Positions 48,868 through 57,252 of a stretch of 64,000 nt of DNA are shown piece after piece. How positions within the stretch are numbered: the stretch's first letter is position 1; each line of letters opens with the position of its first letter. The stretch covers positions 45,123-109,122 of the forward strand of contig CALEFO010000194.1 of NCBI GenBank assembly GCA_937877165.1, given 5' to 3'. The position numbers and the translations under genes are program-made. Under the pieces are notes generated by a model. It saw nothing but the letters and a program-made list of their open reading frames with translations. It was not told the DNA's origin and did no database searches. Origin of the DNA: an uncultured Lachnospiraceae bacterium (lineage in GTDB: Bacteria > Bacillota > Clostridia > Lachnospirales > Lachnospiraceae).

Positions 48868-50201
48868 TTTCTCTCTTTTTGTGATTTTATTTTTGGACGG
48901 TACATTTTACCCTCTCGCTCGTACCAATGCACATCAAAAACGTATTTATCACTGGTGATTTTCCCGACAAACTTGGACCACTCTTCCGGCTTTCCTCCCA
49001 AGTCTCTCGAAAAATCCTCTGCATGGCGGAATTCTGTTTCTGATCCTCTGCCTGCAATAACTTTTGCATTTGTGATTGATGCATTCTTCGGAATATATCC
49101 GCTCTCTTTATTATACTCAAATTCCAACGGCTCTGATAAAGATTTTCCCGTTGTCGATGGCGGGAGAAATTCGTTTTTCCACTCCTTATAGCTCATATTC
49201 CGGACCGTGATCGTCTTGCCGGTCTCCGGATCCCTTGCAGCACGTACCGACGCCCGGAATTCTTCTCCCAGATAGGGGCATGTACAGCCTCGGCATCTGG
49301 GATGAAAGGGCGGGGCCGTCACACCGATCTCGAATTGTTCCATCGGATAGTGTCTGCTGTCCATATCACCGCAGAAGTCACAGGTAAGGCCGTCCAGTGT
49401 TTCCACGATTTCGTATTCCTCAACGCCCAGCTCCTCGAAGCTTTCCTTCTGCGCAATGTTTCCGATGGCAGCCGATTCCGTCATGACCAGTGTACCAGCT
49501 TTCATCTTCGCGTTCTTCACGCTGCTGTCCACGTACTTCTCCATGGCCTTGATGGCACGATCCGGAGAATCGCCGGTTGCAATCTGCCTTGTCAGCTCCC
49601 GGTGAAGCTCTCCCACCATCTTCGTCTTGTTCTCCCAGATCCGATCCGAGAAGTTCTTGCCGTCCGGGGCCCACGGATTCCTTACCGCGATGTCCATGGC
49701 CTTCTGGTTCACGCCTCCGACCTGCCAGCCGACACCGACGCCCTTCTGTACTTCATAGGCAGTATGGTAGTAGCTGTCCTCGTAGATCTTCGTGAGTGCC
49801 CTGCCGGTTGCCGCCAGCTCCACGCCGTAGGCCTCTTCGACAAAGTTCCGGAGCTGCAGCTTCATCGCGTCCAGTCTGGTGATATGTGCCCGGGCGGATG
49901 CGTTCTCCAGCTCATGATTCCATTCTCCGGTGTTCGCATTCTCCCGTCCCTTTTCTATGTACTGCTGCACATCCCATCGGAATTCGTCCAGCTCACCCTT
50001 CCGCAGCATCTGCCGGGCTTTCTCGTAGCTGACGCCATTTTCATCTGCAATCCGGTTCAGCCATTTCTCGATCTGCTTGTTCAGCTCCCGCTGCGCATCA
50101 GAGAAGGCTGCTTCTGCCTCTTTATAGGCTTCCTCCCCGGTTTTATGGCCGGATGCCTCGATCTGACGCATCCGCTTTTTCCAATAGCTACTGTTTTCCA
50201 T
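48864..50201 (-). CDS. Mu F / SPP1 gp7-family head morphogenesis protein (copy 2)
   Basis: Identical ORF at +42749. Confidence 0.85.
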   Translation of the reverse strand: MENSSYWKKRMRQIEASGHKTGEEAYKEAEAAFSDAQRELNKQIEKWLNRIADENGVSYEKARQMLRKGELDEFRWDVQQYIEKGRENANTGEWNHELENASARAHITRLDAMKLQLRNFVEEAYGVELAATGRALTKIYEDSYYHTAYEVQKGVGVGWQVGGVNQKAMDIAVRNPWAPDGKNFSDRIWENKTKMVGELHRELTRQIATGDSPDRAIKAMEKYVDSSVKNAKMKAGTLVMTESAAIGNIAQKESFEELGVEEYEIVETLDGLTCDFCGDMDSRHYPMEQFEIGVTAPPFHPRCRGCTCPYLGEEFRASVRAARDPETGKTITVRNMSYKEWKNEFLPPSTTGKSLSEPLEFEYNKESGYIPKNASITNAKVIAGRGSETEFRHAEDFSRDLGGKPEEWSKFVGKITSDKYVFDVHWYEREGKMYRPKIKSQKERK

Positions 50202-51747
50202 CCTTTACGCCGGATTTATCCTCTTTTCCCGTCCTGCTGCCGTCTCCGCCTTCCGGATCATCGTCCGGATCCTTGCCGCCTGCTGCCTTCTGATGCAGAT
50301 CGTCATAGAATCCGTACTGCTCCATGTTTTCCTGCTTCTGCTTCTCCAGACGCTTCATCTCCGCCTGTGGATCCGTCACCCACGGATGCTGTGCAATCAG
50401 TGTTTCATCCGACAGGATGCCCTCCGAATTCCGGATGTTGTTGATCACATCCGTCTCATTCATCATCATGTCGCGGTTGAAGATCACCTCGACCGTCTCC
50501 CCGGTGAAGTCTCCGGCCCCGGTATTGGCAAGGTGCGCATTCACGAACCACAGGAGCTGTTCCATGGATGCCTGGAACTCCGTCTCCATGTTGTTGGCAT
50601 CCAGATCGATGTCGTTGTACATGGACTGAATGTTCATCTGGTTCGGGGATCCGGCCAGACGGTCATCCTTCGCATCGTAGCCCATGCAATTCTCAATGAT
50701 GGCCTTCTTCAGAATCTCGATGATGGCCTTGTAATTCTCCGCATTCACAGAGACCTGAAGCGTGGATACGCCTCCTTCTGTGCCGTTGTCGCTGTTTACC
50801 TTCACAGCGCCGTAGGTGGCAAGATTCTCGCGGAACTCTCCCAGATCCTGCCCGTCATAGTTCAGAAGGACCAGAATCGTGTTGCGGGAATCTTCGCGCA
50901 TGTTGTCGCAGAAGTTCGACAGAATGGTGTTGATGGCATCCTGCAGGCTCTTCGCGCTCTTGATCAGCGGAATCTCATCATCGTTACTCTTGAACGGGAT
51001 CAGCGGAATCTTCGACCAGTTGTATCCGGTCTCGTTCCCTTCCTCATCCGATACCATCAGATAGTCCTGATGATACGGCTCGCACGGCGTCAGGCTGATT
51101 CCGCCCGTCGGTGACTCGAAATAATCAATGCCGTGTTCCGTGTATACTTCCACCTTCCACAGAATCCGCTCCAGATTCTTCCCTTCGAAGAGCCGGATCG
51201 GATAAATGCGATAGGCATATTCCAGAACGCTGTGTTCGGCATCCTTCCAACCTGGACAGACTTCATAGCCGGGGAATACCCGGAAGTCCAGCGTTCCGTT
51301 GTCGTTGTAGGTCGGGAAAATCCAGCAGATCCCCTCATTCAGGCTGTGCTTCGCCACAGACTTGATCTTTCTGGCAAAGGCTTTGTTGAATACCTTTCCA
51401 AGCGCTTTCGCATATGCCTTGTTGTCGCTTCGGAAGGTAATCGGCTTTCCCACCAGATAGTTGGTCTTCTGAATGACCATCTTCCGGTACTGGTTGTCTT
51501 CCAGACGGCTGTTCGGCAGATTATGAAGCACAACCGGCTTTCCATCCTCTCCGATCGCCGTCCGCTTCTTCTGCAGGATTTCCTGTTCTCCGGTGTAGTA
51601 CCGGTATCCGTCGACCATCATCCGCCGCTCCGGTGACGAGAGGAAAAGGCTGATTTCCTTCTCCATGAATTCCCGTTCCGTCATGCAGCTCTGTGCACCC
51701 TCACGGATGATCCGGTTGATATTGTCAATCATGCTGAAATCAAACAT
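50188..51747 (-). CDS. Portal protein (copy 2)
   Basis: Identical ORF at +42749. Confidence 0.9.
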   Translation of the reverse strand: MFDFSMIDNINRIIREGAQSCMTEREFMEKEISLFLSSPERRMMVDGYRYYTGEQEILQKKRTAIGEDGKPVVLHNLPNSRLEDNQYRKMVIQKTNYLVGKPITFRSDNKAYAKALGKVFNKAFARKIKSVAKHSLNEGICWIFPTYNDNGTLDFRVFPGYEVCPGWKDAEHSVLEYAYRIYPIRLFEGKNLERILWKVEVYTEHGIDYFESPTGGISLTPCEPYHQDYLMVSDEEGNETGYNWSKIPLIPFKSNDDEIPLIKSAKSLQDAINTILSNFCDNMREDSRNTILVLLNYDGQDLGEFRENLATYGAVKVNSDNGTEGGVSTLQVSVNAENYKAIIEILKKAIIENCMGYDAKDDRLAGSPNQMNIQSMYNDIDLDANNMETEFQASMEQLLWFVNAHLANTGAGDFTGETVEVIFNRDMMMNETDVINNIRNSEGILSDETLIAQHPWVTDPQAEMKRLEKQKQENMEQYGFYDDLHQKAAGGKDPDDDPEGGDGSRTGKEDKSGVKDGKQ

Positions 51748-51807
51748 TGCTTCGTCTGTTCCTTTTCCCGGTTATCTCTTCCGGTCTGTCTGCTCTTCCT
51801 TCTCTTC

Positions 51808-53061
51808 TCAATCAAAGGAAAATGTCTTCCTTCCAAGGCGCCTTATCAGTGACGCCGCGGAATCCGGCGCATCATCGTGTTCCGCATTCTCTGTATAGTC
51901 GAGGATCTGCGCCAGATAGTCCGGATCCGTGGAAGGCAGCCATTCGATGCTCTTCCACTTCGACCGCAGATAGGTGCTGATCTTCAGATACTTGTTCATG
52001 TGCTCCGCGTACTGCTCGACCCGCCACCCGAGAGATTTCATCTCTTTCGCAAGATATCCCTTATCGCCGTTCGTTTCACATGCGATTGATCCGGCCTGCA
52101 TCCTCTGATGCAGCTCTTTCATCTCTGCAAGGCAGCTGTCCACGTGCTTCTGCCACAGGCGGCCGTAGGCAATCACTCTGCCATCTGCCAGCTGGTGCAT
52201 GACGGTATAGGCGGTGTAATCTCCGCCGCCATAGGCCGCGTCCACGTGTGCCTGTCCGCCATGAATCAGGCTTTCATCCTGGCAGAACCTCGGCTCTGAG
52301 AAGAGCGCATCCGCGTCCGCGATATGCCGCAGTTCGTAGTTCGCCGCAAACAAAGAAGGGCTCATACTCTCCCGAAGCCTCTGCAGCTCTTCGGGAGAAA
52401 TCAGCCCCGTGTGATAACAGTCGTATTTCTTTATGTTCGGCATCAAAGAGAACGCATCCTCTTTGTGCCAGGGCGTCCCGGTATTGATGAACCGCCCGCC
52501 CCTGTTCTTGATGTTCTGAAGCTCCTGATAGGCAAGCTTCGTATGCTCCCGCTCCGCCTGACTGATGCGGTCCTTCACGTTTACGATATCGTCGGTGATG
52601 ACAATATCGGCGTGCTTGCCGGTGATGCTGGTCCCGATACCAAGTCCGATCAGCTGGGAAACGCCGCGGGGCGATGTCGTCAGATTCGTCGTGATTTCGC
52701 TCTTCGTATCGGTCGGAAGGACCAGACTGCAGCCGTACAGATCATTCACCATGATCTGAAATACCGGCCCCTGCAGGATCTTGGACGTCTGTGTGATTAC
52801 CTCGCCAACGTCCGTATCGGTCTTTCGGAAGAAAAGAATATTGTTGTTCGGCTGCCACACAAGGAGCAGGGCTTCCGTAAGGGACAGCACCGTTGTCTTA
52901 TAGGATCCGCGGTGTCCCTGGAGTGTCTGATCCTCCCGCGCGAACAGCATGCTCTTCATCCATTCGCTGTGCAGCGGTGTCAGGTCCTTAAATCCGATCA
53001 GGTGGCCGATTCTGTGCGGCTCTGTGTGTATCAGGTTGGCCCATTGCTCTCTTGTGTACAT
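51808..53061 (-). CDS. Terminase large subunit (copy 2)
   Basis: Identical ORF at +42749. Confidence 0.85.
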   Translation of the reverse strand: MYTREQWANLIHTEPHRIGHLIGFKDLTPLHSEWMKSMLFAREDQTLQGHRGSYKTTVLSLTEALLLVWQPNNNILFFRKTDTDVGEVITQTSKILQGPVFQIMVNDLYGCSLVLPTDTKSEITTNLTTSPRGVSQLIGLGIGTSITGKHADIVITDDIVNVKDRISQAEREHTKLAYQELQNIKNRGGRFINTGTPWHKEDAFSLMPNIKKYDCYHTGLISPEELQRLRESMSPSLFAANYELRHIADADALFSEPRFCQDESLIHGGQAHVDAAYGGGDYTAYTVMHQLADGRVIAYGRLWQKHVDSCLAEMKELHQRMQAGSIACETNGDKGYLAKEMKSLGWRVEQYAEHMNKYLKISTYLRSKWKSIEWLPSTDPDYLAQILDYTENAEHDDAPDSAASLIRRLGRKTFSFD

Positions 53062-53657
53062 TCCTCATCATCGTTCTTCTCCGCGGTCATACCGTGAAAC
53101 AGCTCATCCAGCTTTTGAATGGCTTCTTCACGGTTCCCAACGTTCACGTCCATCTTGTCATTCCACATGCCAAGATGACGGCCCAGAAGCTCCAGCGCCT
53201 TCGTCTTGTCATAGGTTCTTATCTCAATTCCGTATTTTCCGTCTTTGATCTCTGCCAGTGCCCGTTTCTGATCTTCGGTCAGTTGATCCGTAGGAACGCA
53301 TTCCACGGTCACACGCAGCACCGTCTGTCCGCTCTCATCCACGACCGGAATCAGGTCCCCGTCCGGCCCTTTCTTCATATCCGGCTTCTGTATCACACGG
53401 ACATAATCCGTCACATTGGAGAATGCGATGTCTGCAAGCTCACGCAGCACCCTGTCCTGCGTGATTTCCGTGCGCTTTTCACGGTCCTTCAGGCGCTTTT
53501 GCAAATACTTTTCAATCTGAGCATTTCTGAGCAATTTTAGGCCGGATGCGGCCGCCGAATTATCAGACTTACAGTTCGGGTACGCTTTCCGGTATGCTCT
53601 TGTTGCGTTCAGATCAATCAGATACTCATCAACGAAAATCCTCTGCTTTTCGGTCAA
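53031..53657 (-). CDS. Terminase small subunit (copy 2)
   Basis: Identical ORF at +42749. Confidence 0.85.
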   Translation of the reverse strand: MTEKQRIFVDEYLIDLNATRAYRKAYPNCKSDNSAAASGLKLLRNAQIEKYLQKRLKDREKRTEITQDRVLRELADIAFSNVTDYVRVIQKPDMKKGPDGDLIPVVDESGQTVLRVTVECVPTDQLTEDQKRALAEIKDGKYGIEIRTYDKTKALELLGRHLGMWNDKMDVNVGNREEAIQKLDELFHGMTAEKNDDEECTQESNGPT

Positions 53658-53693
53658 TGAGCATCACCTCCCTGCTTATGACCTTCTGAATGC

Positions 53694-53725
53694 ATAAAAA
53701 GCGGCGCCCTTTTCGGGAACGCCGC
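53694..53725 (-). terminator. Terminator upstream of terS (copy 2)
   Basis: Same sequence at +42749. Confidence 0.6.
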
Positions 53726-53779
53726 AGCGGTGTTTTTCCTGTGCTTCGCGCCTGCACAATCATATAGGGGGAAAATAGC

Positions 53780-53811
53780 AGCAAAAAAGGACGGAGATCT
53801 CTCTTCGTCCT
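53780..53811 (-). terminator. Terminator after the hicB genes (copy 2)
   Basis: Same sequence at +42749. Confidence 0.65.
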
Positions 53812-53877
53812 TTCGCTTTCTAACATATTATCACGGGTTCTTGTCCCCTGAGTATCCCTTTTATAAAATACTTACAC

Positions 53878-54081
53878 CTACATCAGGTTCTCGCGCGGTT
53901 CTGGAACTTTCTGCCCGCGTTTCCTCGCAATCTCCAGCCACTCCGAAATAACCTGTTCCGCATTCTCCATAGCCCCTGCAGCCGTTGCTCCATCCGCCAT
54001 GCATCCCGGAAGTTCCGGAACTTCAGCAATGAAAGCATTATCTGCAGGAGACCAATAAACGATTCTCTCGTATTTATGCAT
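53878..54081 (-). CDS. HicB-like domain protein (copy 2)
   Basis: Identical ORF at +42749. Confidence 0.8.
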   Translation of the reverse strand: MHKYERIVYWSPADNAFIAEVPELPGCMADGATAAGAMENAEQVISEWLEIARKRGQKVPEPRENLM

Positions 54082-54094
54082 ATCTACGCCTCGA

Positions 54095-54490
54095 TTACGC
54101 TGAGATCATCTTGCCCAGCGCGTCCTGCAGCACCTTAGAACAGCTGATCCCATTCGATTCCACATAAGTGTTCAGCCACGCCGGAATGGTAAGTGTCTTC
54201 TTCACGGCCTTCTTTCCGTATTTCTCTGCATATGCGTCCATATCCAGCGCGACCATGCTGACAAATCCGCCGGTCGGTGCCTGGATACTCCCCGGATCAG
54301 ACGCCTTCGGGGCTTTCTTCCCATCTTCCAGATCCGTAAGGATCCATCCGCTTGCCGCGTCTTCTGCCATAAAGAGAGCATCCGCTACCGCGTCCCCTTC
54401 CGTAATGCATCCCGGAAGATCCGGAAATTCCACCATATATCCTTCTTCGTCATCAAACGGTGTAAACACTGCAGGATATGCAAGTTTCAT
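54095..54490 (-). CDS. hicB: HicB-family antitoxin (copy 2)
   Basis: Identical ORF at +42749. Confidence 0.85.
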   Translation of the reverse strand: MKLAYPAVFTPFDDEEGYMVEFPDLPGCITEGDAVADALFMAEDAASGWILTDLEDGKKAPKASDPGSIQAPTGGFVSMVALDMDAYAEKYGKKAVKKTLTIPAWLNTYVESNGISCSKVLQDALGKMISA

Positions 54491-54539
54491 GTTGAATTCC
54501 TCCTTTTATCGTTCAAAAGATTCAGATGCAAACAGAGCT

Positions 54540-54719
54540 TCACAGCCCCGCCTGCTTCAATATCGTCTTAGCTGTTTTGATATTGATGTCTCCGTGATGT
54601 TCCGGTATGGTTACCTTTCCTTTCTTGCTCGGGTGCTTGTATTGGTGGTGGCTTCCGACCTGCGCCACCTCATACCATCCATCAGCTTTCAGCATTTTTT
54701 CCAGTTCTCTGAATCTCAT
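54540..54719 (-). CDS. hicA: HicA-family toxin (copy 2)
   Basis: Same sequence at +42749. Confidence 0.85.
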   Translation of the reverse strand: MRFRELEKMLKADGWYEVAQVGSHHQYKHPSKKGKVTIPEHHGDINIKTAKTILKQAGL

Positions 54720-54778
54720 TTTCTTCTGCTCCTTACGTTTATTATATTAGTACGTATTGTACGTATTGTAAAGAAGGA

Positions 54779-55189
54779 TTACAGTTTCCTGCTCAACTCA
54801 TAATAAAAACGTCTGCGCTTCTCATAGAACTGCCTTTTCCCGCACGGCATTCCTTTCGCCTGCAACTGCCAGAAGGTCCAGCCATACGCCACGCCGAGAA
54901 GCAGATAATCATAGATCTCCGGTGCAGCCTCCCGCGCCGTGTTTTCTACAAGCTTCTTTTTCTTCTCCAGCGTATACCGGCGCATTGCCGTTTCTGCCGC
55001 GGCGTCATAGTCTCCGGAGGTCTGTACCTTCTCCCCGTCGTAGGTGATGGCCTTGCTGGTGTCCGGCTCCGTGCGAAGCTCCTGCACCCAGTTCGGATAT
55101 TGCAGAGCAAAGTGCAGCACCGTCAGAAACTCCTCTTTCGGCAGATAGAATTCGTTTTTCTCACTCAAAATTCTGTTCCTCACTTCCAT
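54779..55189 (-). CDS. Putative late-gene regulator (copy 2)
   Basis: Identical ORF at +42749. Confidence 0.45.
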   Translation of the reverse strand: MEVRNRILSEKNEFYLPKEEFLTVLHFALQYPNWVQELRTEPDTSKAITYDGEKVQTSGDYDAAAETAMRRYTLEKKKKLVENTAREAAPEIYDYLLLGVAYGWTFWQLQAKGMPCGKRQFYEKRRRFYYELSRKL

Positions 55190-55380
55190 TCTCTCCCTGA
55201 TGCTCGGTCCTTCAGATGTATGTGGCCGACAACCTCAAACCCTGCAAACTCCGCGATGCTTTTCATCATGTTGATGACCTTTATCACATGATCCGGCGTC
55301 CGCATGGCATTGTGCACCGCATGATCCGCGGTCGGATCGCTGTACTTTTCTCCATTCATCCCCTGTCCCCTATCACGCAC
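55180..55380 (-). CDS. Hypothetical protein (copy 2 of 12431..12631)
   Basis: Identical ORF at +42749. Confidence 0.5.
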   Translation of the reverse strand: MRDRGQGMNGEKYSDPTADHAVHNAMRTPDHVIKVINMMKSIAEFAGFEVVGHIHLKDRASGREWK

Positions 55381-55434
55381 AAATTCCCTGAGAAGACGGA
55401 AATCTTCTCAGGGGAAAATCTGCCGTTAAAGCGA

Positions 55435-55647
55435 TCATTTATTTGCTTTTCCAGTGTTTTCTACACCTATAACGAGCTTTTTCTCCAGCGCACAAAACAC
55501 CTTATCAGCACTTTCCACCGTCATTTTTTTCTTTCCATTCTCCCAATAAGTAATTGAGCGAATCGTAACGCCTGCCTTCTTTGCCAATTCTGCCTGCGTC
55601 ATGCCTTTCCTGATGCGTGTTTCTTTTAAAATTTTTCCTAGTTCCAT
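55435..55647 (-). CDS. XRE-family HTH regulator (copy 2)
   Basis: Identical ORF at +42749. Confidence 0.85.
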   Translation of the reverse strand: MELGKILKETRIRKGMTQAELAKKAGVTIRSITYWENGKKKMTVESADKVFCALEKKLVIGVENTGKANK

Positions 55648-55660
55648 TTGTGTCTTTCTC

Positions 55661-56188
55661 TCAGTTGAACGGCAGCTCTTCGTCGATGCCTTCCGAGATG
55701 TTCATGAAGCCATCCAAGGCTCCCTGCTGCCACGATCCGCCGCCAGCATCCTGCTGCCCCGGTTTGCCTTCCTGCTGCCCCTGCGGCTGTCCGGATCCTG
55801 CTGCCTGAGAGCTTCCCTGGCTGTACTGCGCCGCCATCTGATCATCCACCGCGTTCCGGCCGGCATCCTGCCTGCTCTCTGCAAATTCCTGACCATCCAC
55901 AACCACATCCGTTGTGTAGGCCTTCGTTCCGTCCTGTCTGGTATAGCTTCCGGTCTGGATCCTGCCAGAAACGCAAATCTTGCTTCCCTTGTGCAGATAC
56001 TTCTGCGCGAATTCTCCCGCCTTGCCGAAGGCGACGCAGGAAATAAAGTCTGCCGACTGCTCTTCGCCTTTCCCGCGCCTCCGGTCCACGGCCAGCGTGT
56101 ACCTCGCGATTGTCACAGGCTCCGCGGCCTGTGACTGTCTTATGTCCGGATCCTTGGTCAGGCGTCCCATCAGCACTACTCTGTTCAT
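55661..56188 (-). CDS. ssb: Single-stranded DNA-binding protein (copy 2)
   Basis: Identical ORF at +42749. Confidence 0.9.
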   Translation of the reverse strand: MNRVVLMGRLTKDPDIRQSQAAEPVTIARYTLAVDRRRGKGEEQSADFISCVAFGKAGEFAQKYLHKGSKICVSGRIQTGSYTRQDGTKAYTTDVVVDGQEFAESRQDAGRNAVDDQMAAQYSQGSSQAAGSGQPQGQQEGKPGQQDAGGGSWQQGALDGFMNISEGIDEELPFN

Positions 56189-56496
56189 TTCTCTACCCCC
56201 AATTCTCCAATTCTCTCCTTCGTGCGGATCTGCTTTGATCTGATAAACTCCTGCAGATCTTCCTCCGAAATATCAAAGAGCTTCTGCAGCTCACGGATCA
56301 CAATCAGCGTATCCGCCATCTCCTCTACCAGATGGGCCTTACGGTACGAATCCAGCCCATACCGGCAGACCTTGCAGATTGCCTGAATCAGCTCCGCCGG
56401 TTCTTCCCTGGCAACATCCAGAATGAGATTCTTTGGAAAAAGCTCAATCACCTTTGCAATAACCTCATCATCAAATTCAAGTTCTACTGTCTGCAT
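56185..56496 (-). CDS. MazG-like protein (copy 2)
   Basis: Identical ORF at +42749. Confidence 0.5.
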   Translation of the reverse strand: MQTVELEFDDEVIAKVIELFPKNLILDVAREEPAELIQAICKVCRYGLDSYRKAHLVEEMADTLIVIRELQKLFDISEEDLQEFIRSKQIRTKERIGELGVEK

Positions 56497-56551
56497 TCCT
56501 TCTCCTTCCTACGGAGTATTTCCCGCACGTACTCTTCCATGGTCTGACGTT

Positions 56552-57109
56552 TCATTCTATGATCCCCTCCTTTGCCAGCTCATACAGATTGATGCCTGCT
56601 TCCTCCCGGCAGGCTTTCCACAGCTTTTTGTAATCGTCCCGGTATTCTCCGCGGATCTCCTGTACCAGTGTGACCAGCTTCACCAGCATATCGGCGGAGA
56701 ATCCATAGTCCATACAGCGGTACAGGGCAAGGAACAGCGCCGCCTCCATCATGGTTCCCATCCATTTCGCCTGCTGCACCCGCATATAGCAGAATTCCGG
56801 CGTTGTAAGCTCCACCTCTTCCTTCGGCGTCCCGTTCAGATAAACAAGATCGTGCCAGGATGGACTGTCCTCCGTCGGTTTCAGCTCTATTCCGGTTTCC
56901 TCTTCCAGCATCATCAGGATGGATACGTTTTCCTGCTGCGCGCATTCATTCCAAACCCTTTGTGTCTCCATGAGCAGGTCATGAAGGCGCTTCGTTCCGA
57001 ACCTCCATCCCCTGTGAAGAGCGATGCAGGCCGCTGCCAGCATGATCCGGACCCATTTGCGGCCTTCCATCTCCATTTTCCGCAGTGCTCTTGCCCTGGT
57101 ATTATTCAT
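56552..57109 (-). CDS. Hypothetical protein (copy 2 of 13803..14360)
   Basis: Identical ORF at +42749. Confidence 0.6.
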   Translation of the reverse strand: MNNTRARALRKMEMEGRKWVRIMLAAACIALHRGWRFGTKRLHDLLMETQRVWNECAQQENVSILMMLEEETGIELKPTEDSPSWHDLVYLNGTPKEEVELTTPEFCYMRVQQAKWMGTMMEAALFLALYRCMDYGFSADMLVKLVTLVQEIRGEYRDDYKKLWKACREEAGINLYELAKEGIIE

Positions 57110-57252
57110 CCTCTCCTCCGATCCGGAAATCTTCCATCTTCGTTCCCTGCGCCAGTGCTATGGCCATGACTGCCACAATGACCAGAGAAACACCCGCTGC
57201 CACCTTCAGGGCGGTTCCTGCTGCCGCCCTGATTCTCCTCCCTGCAATTCTC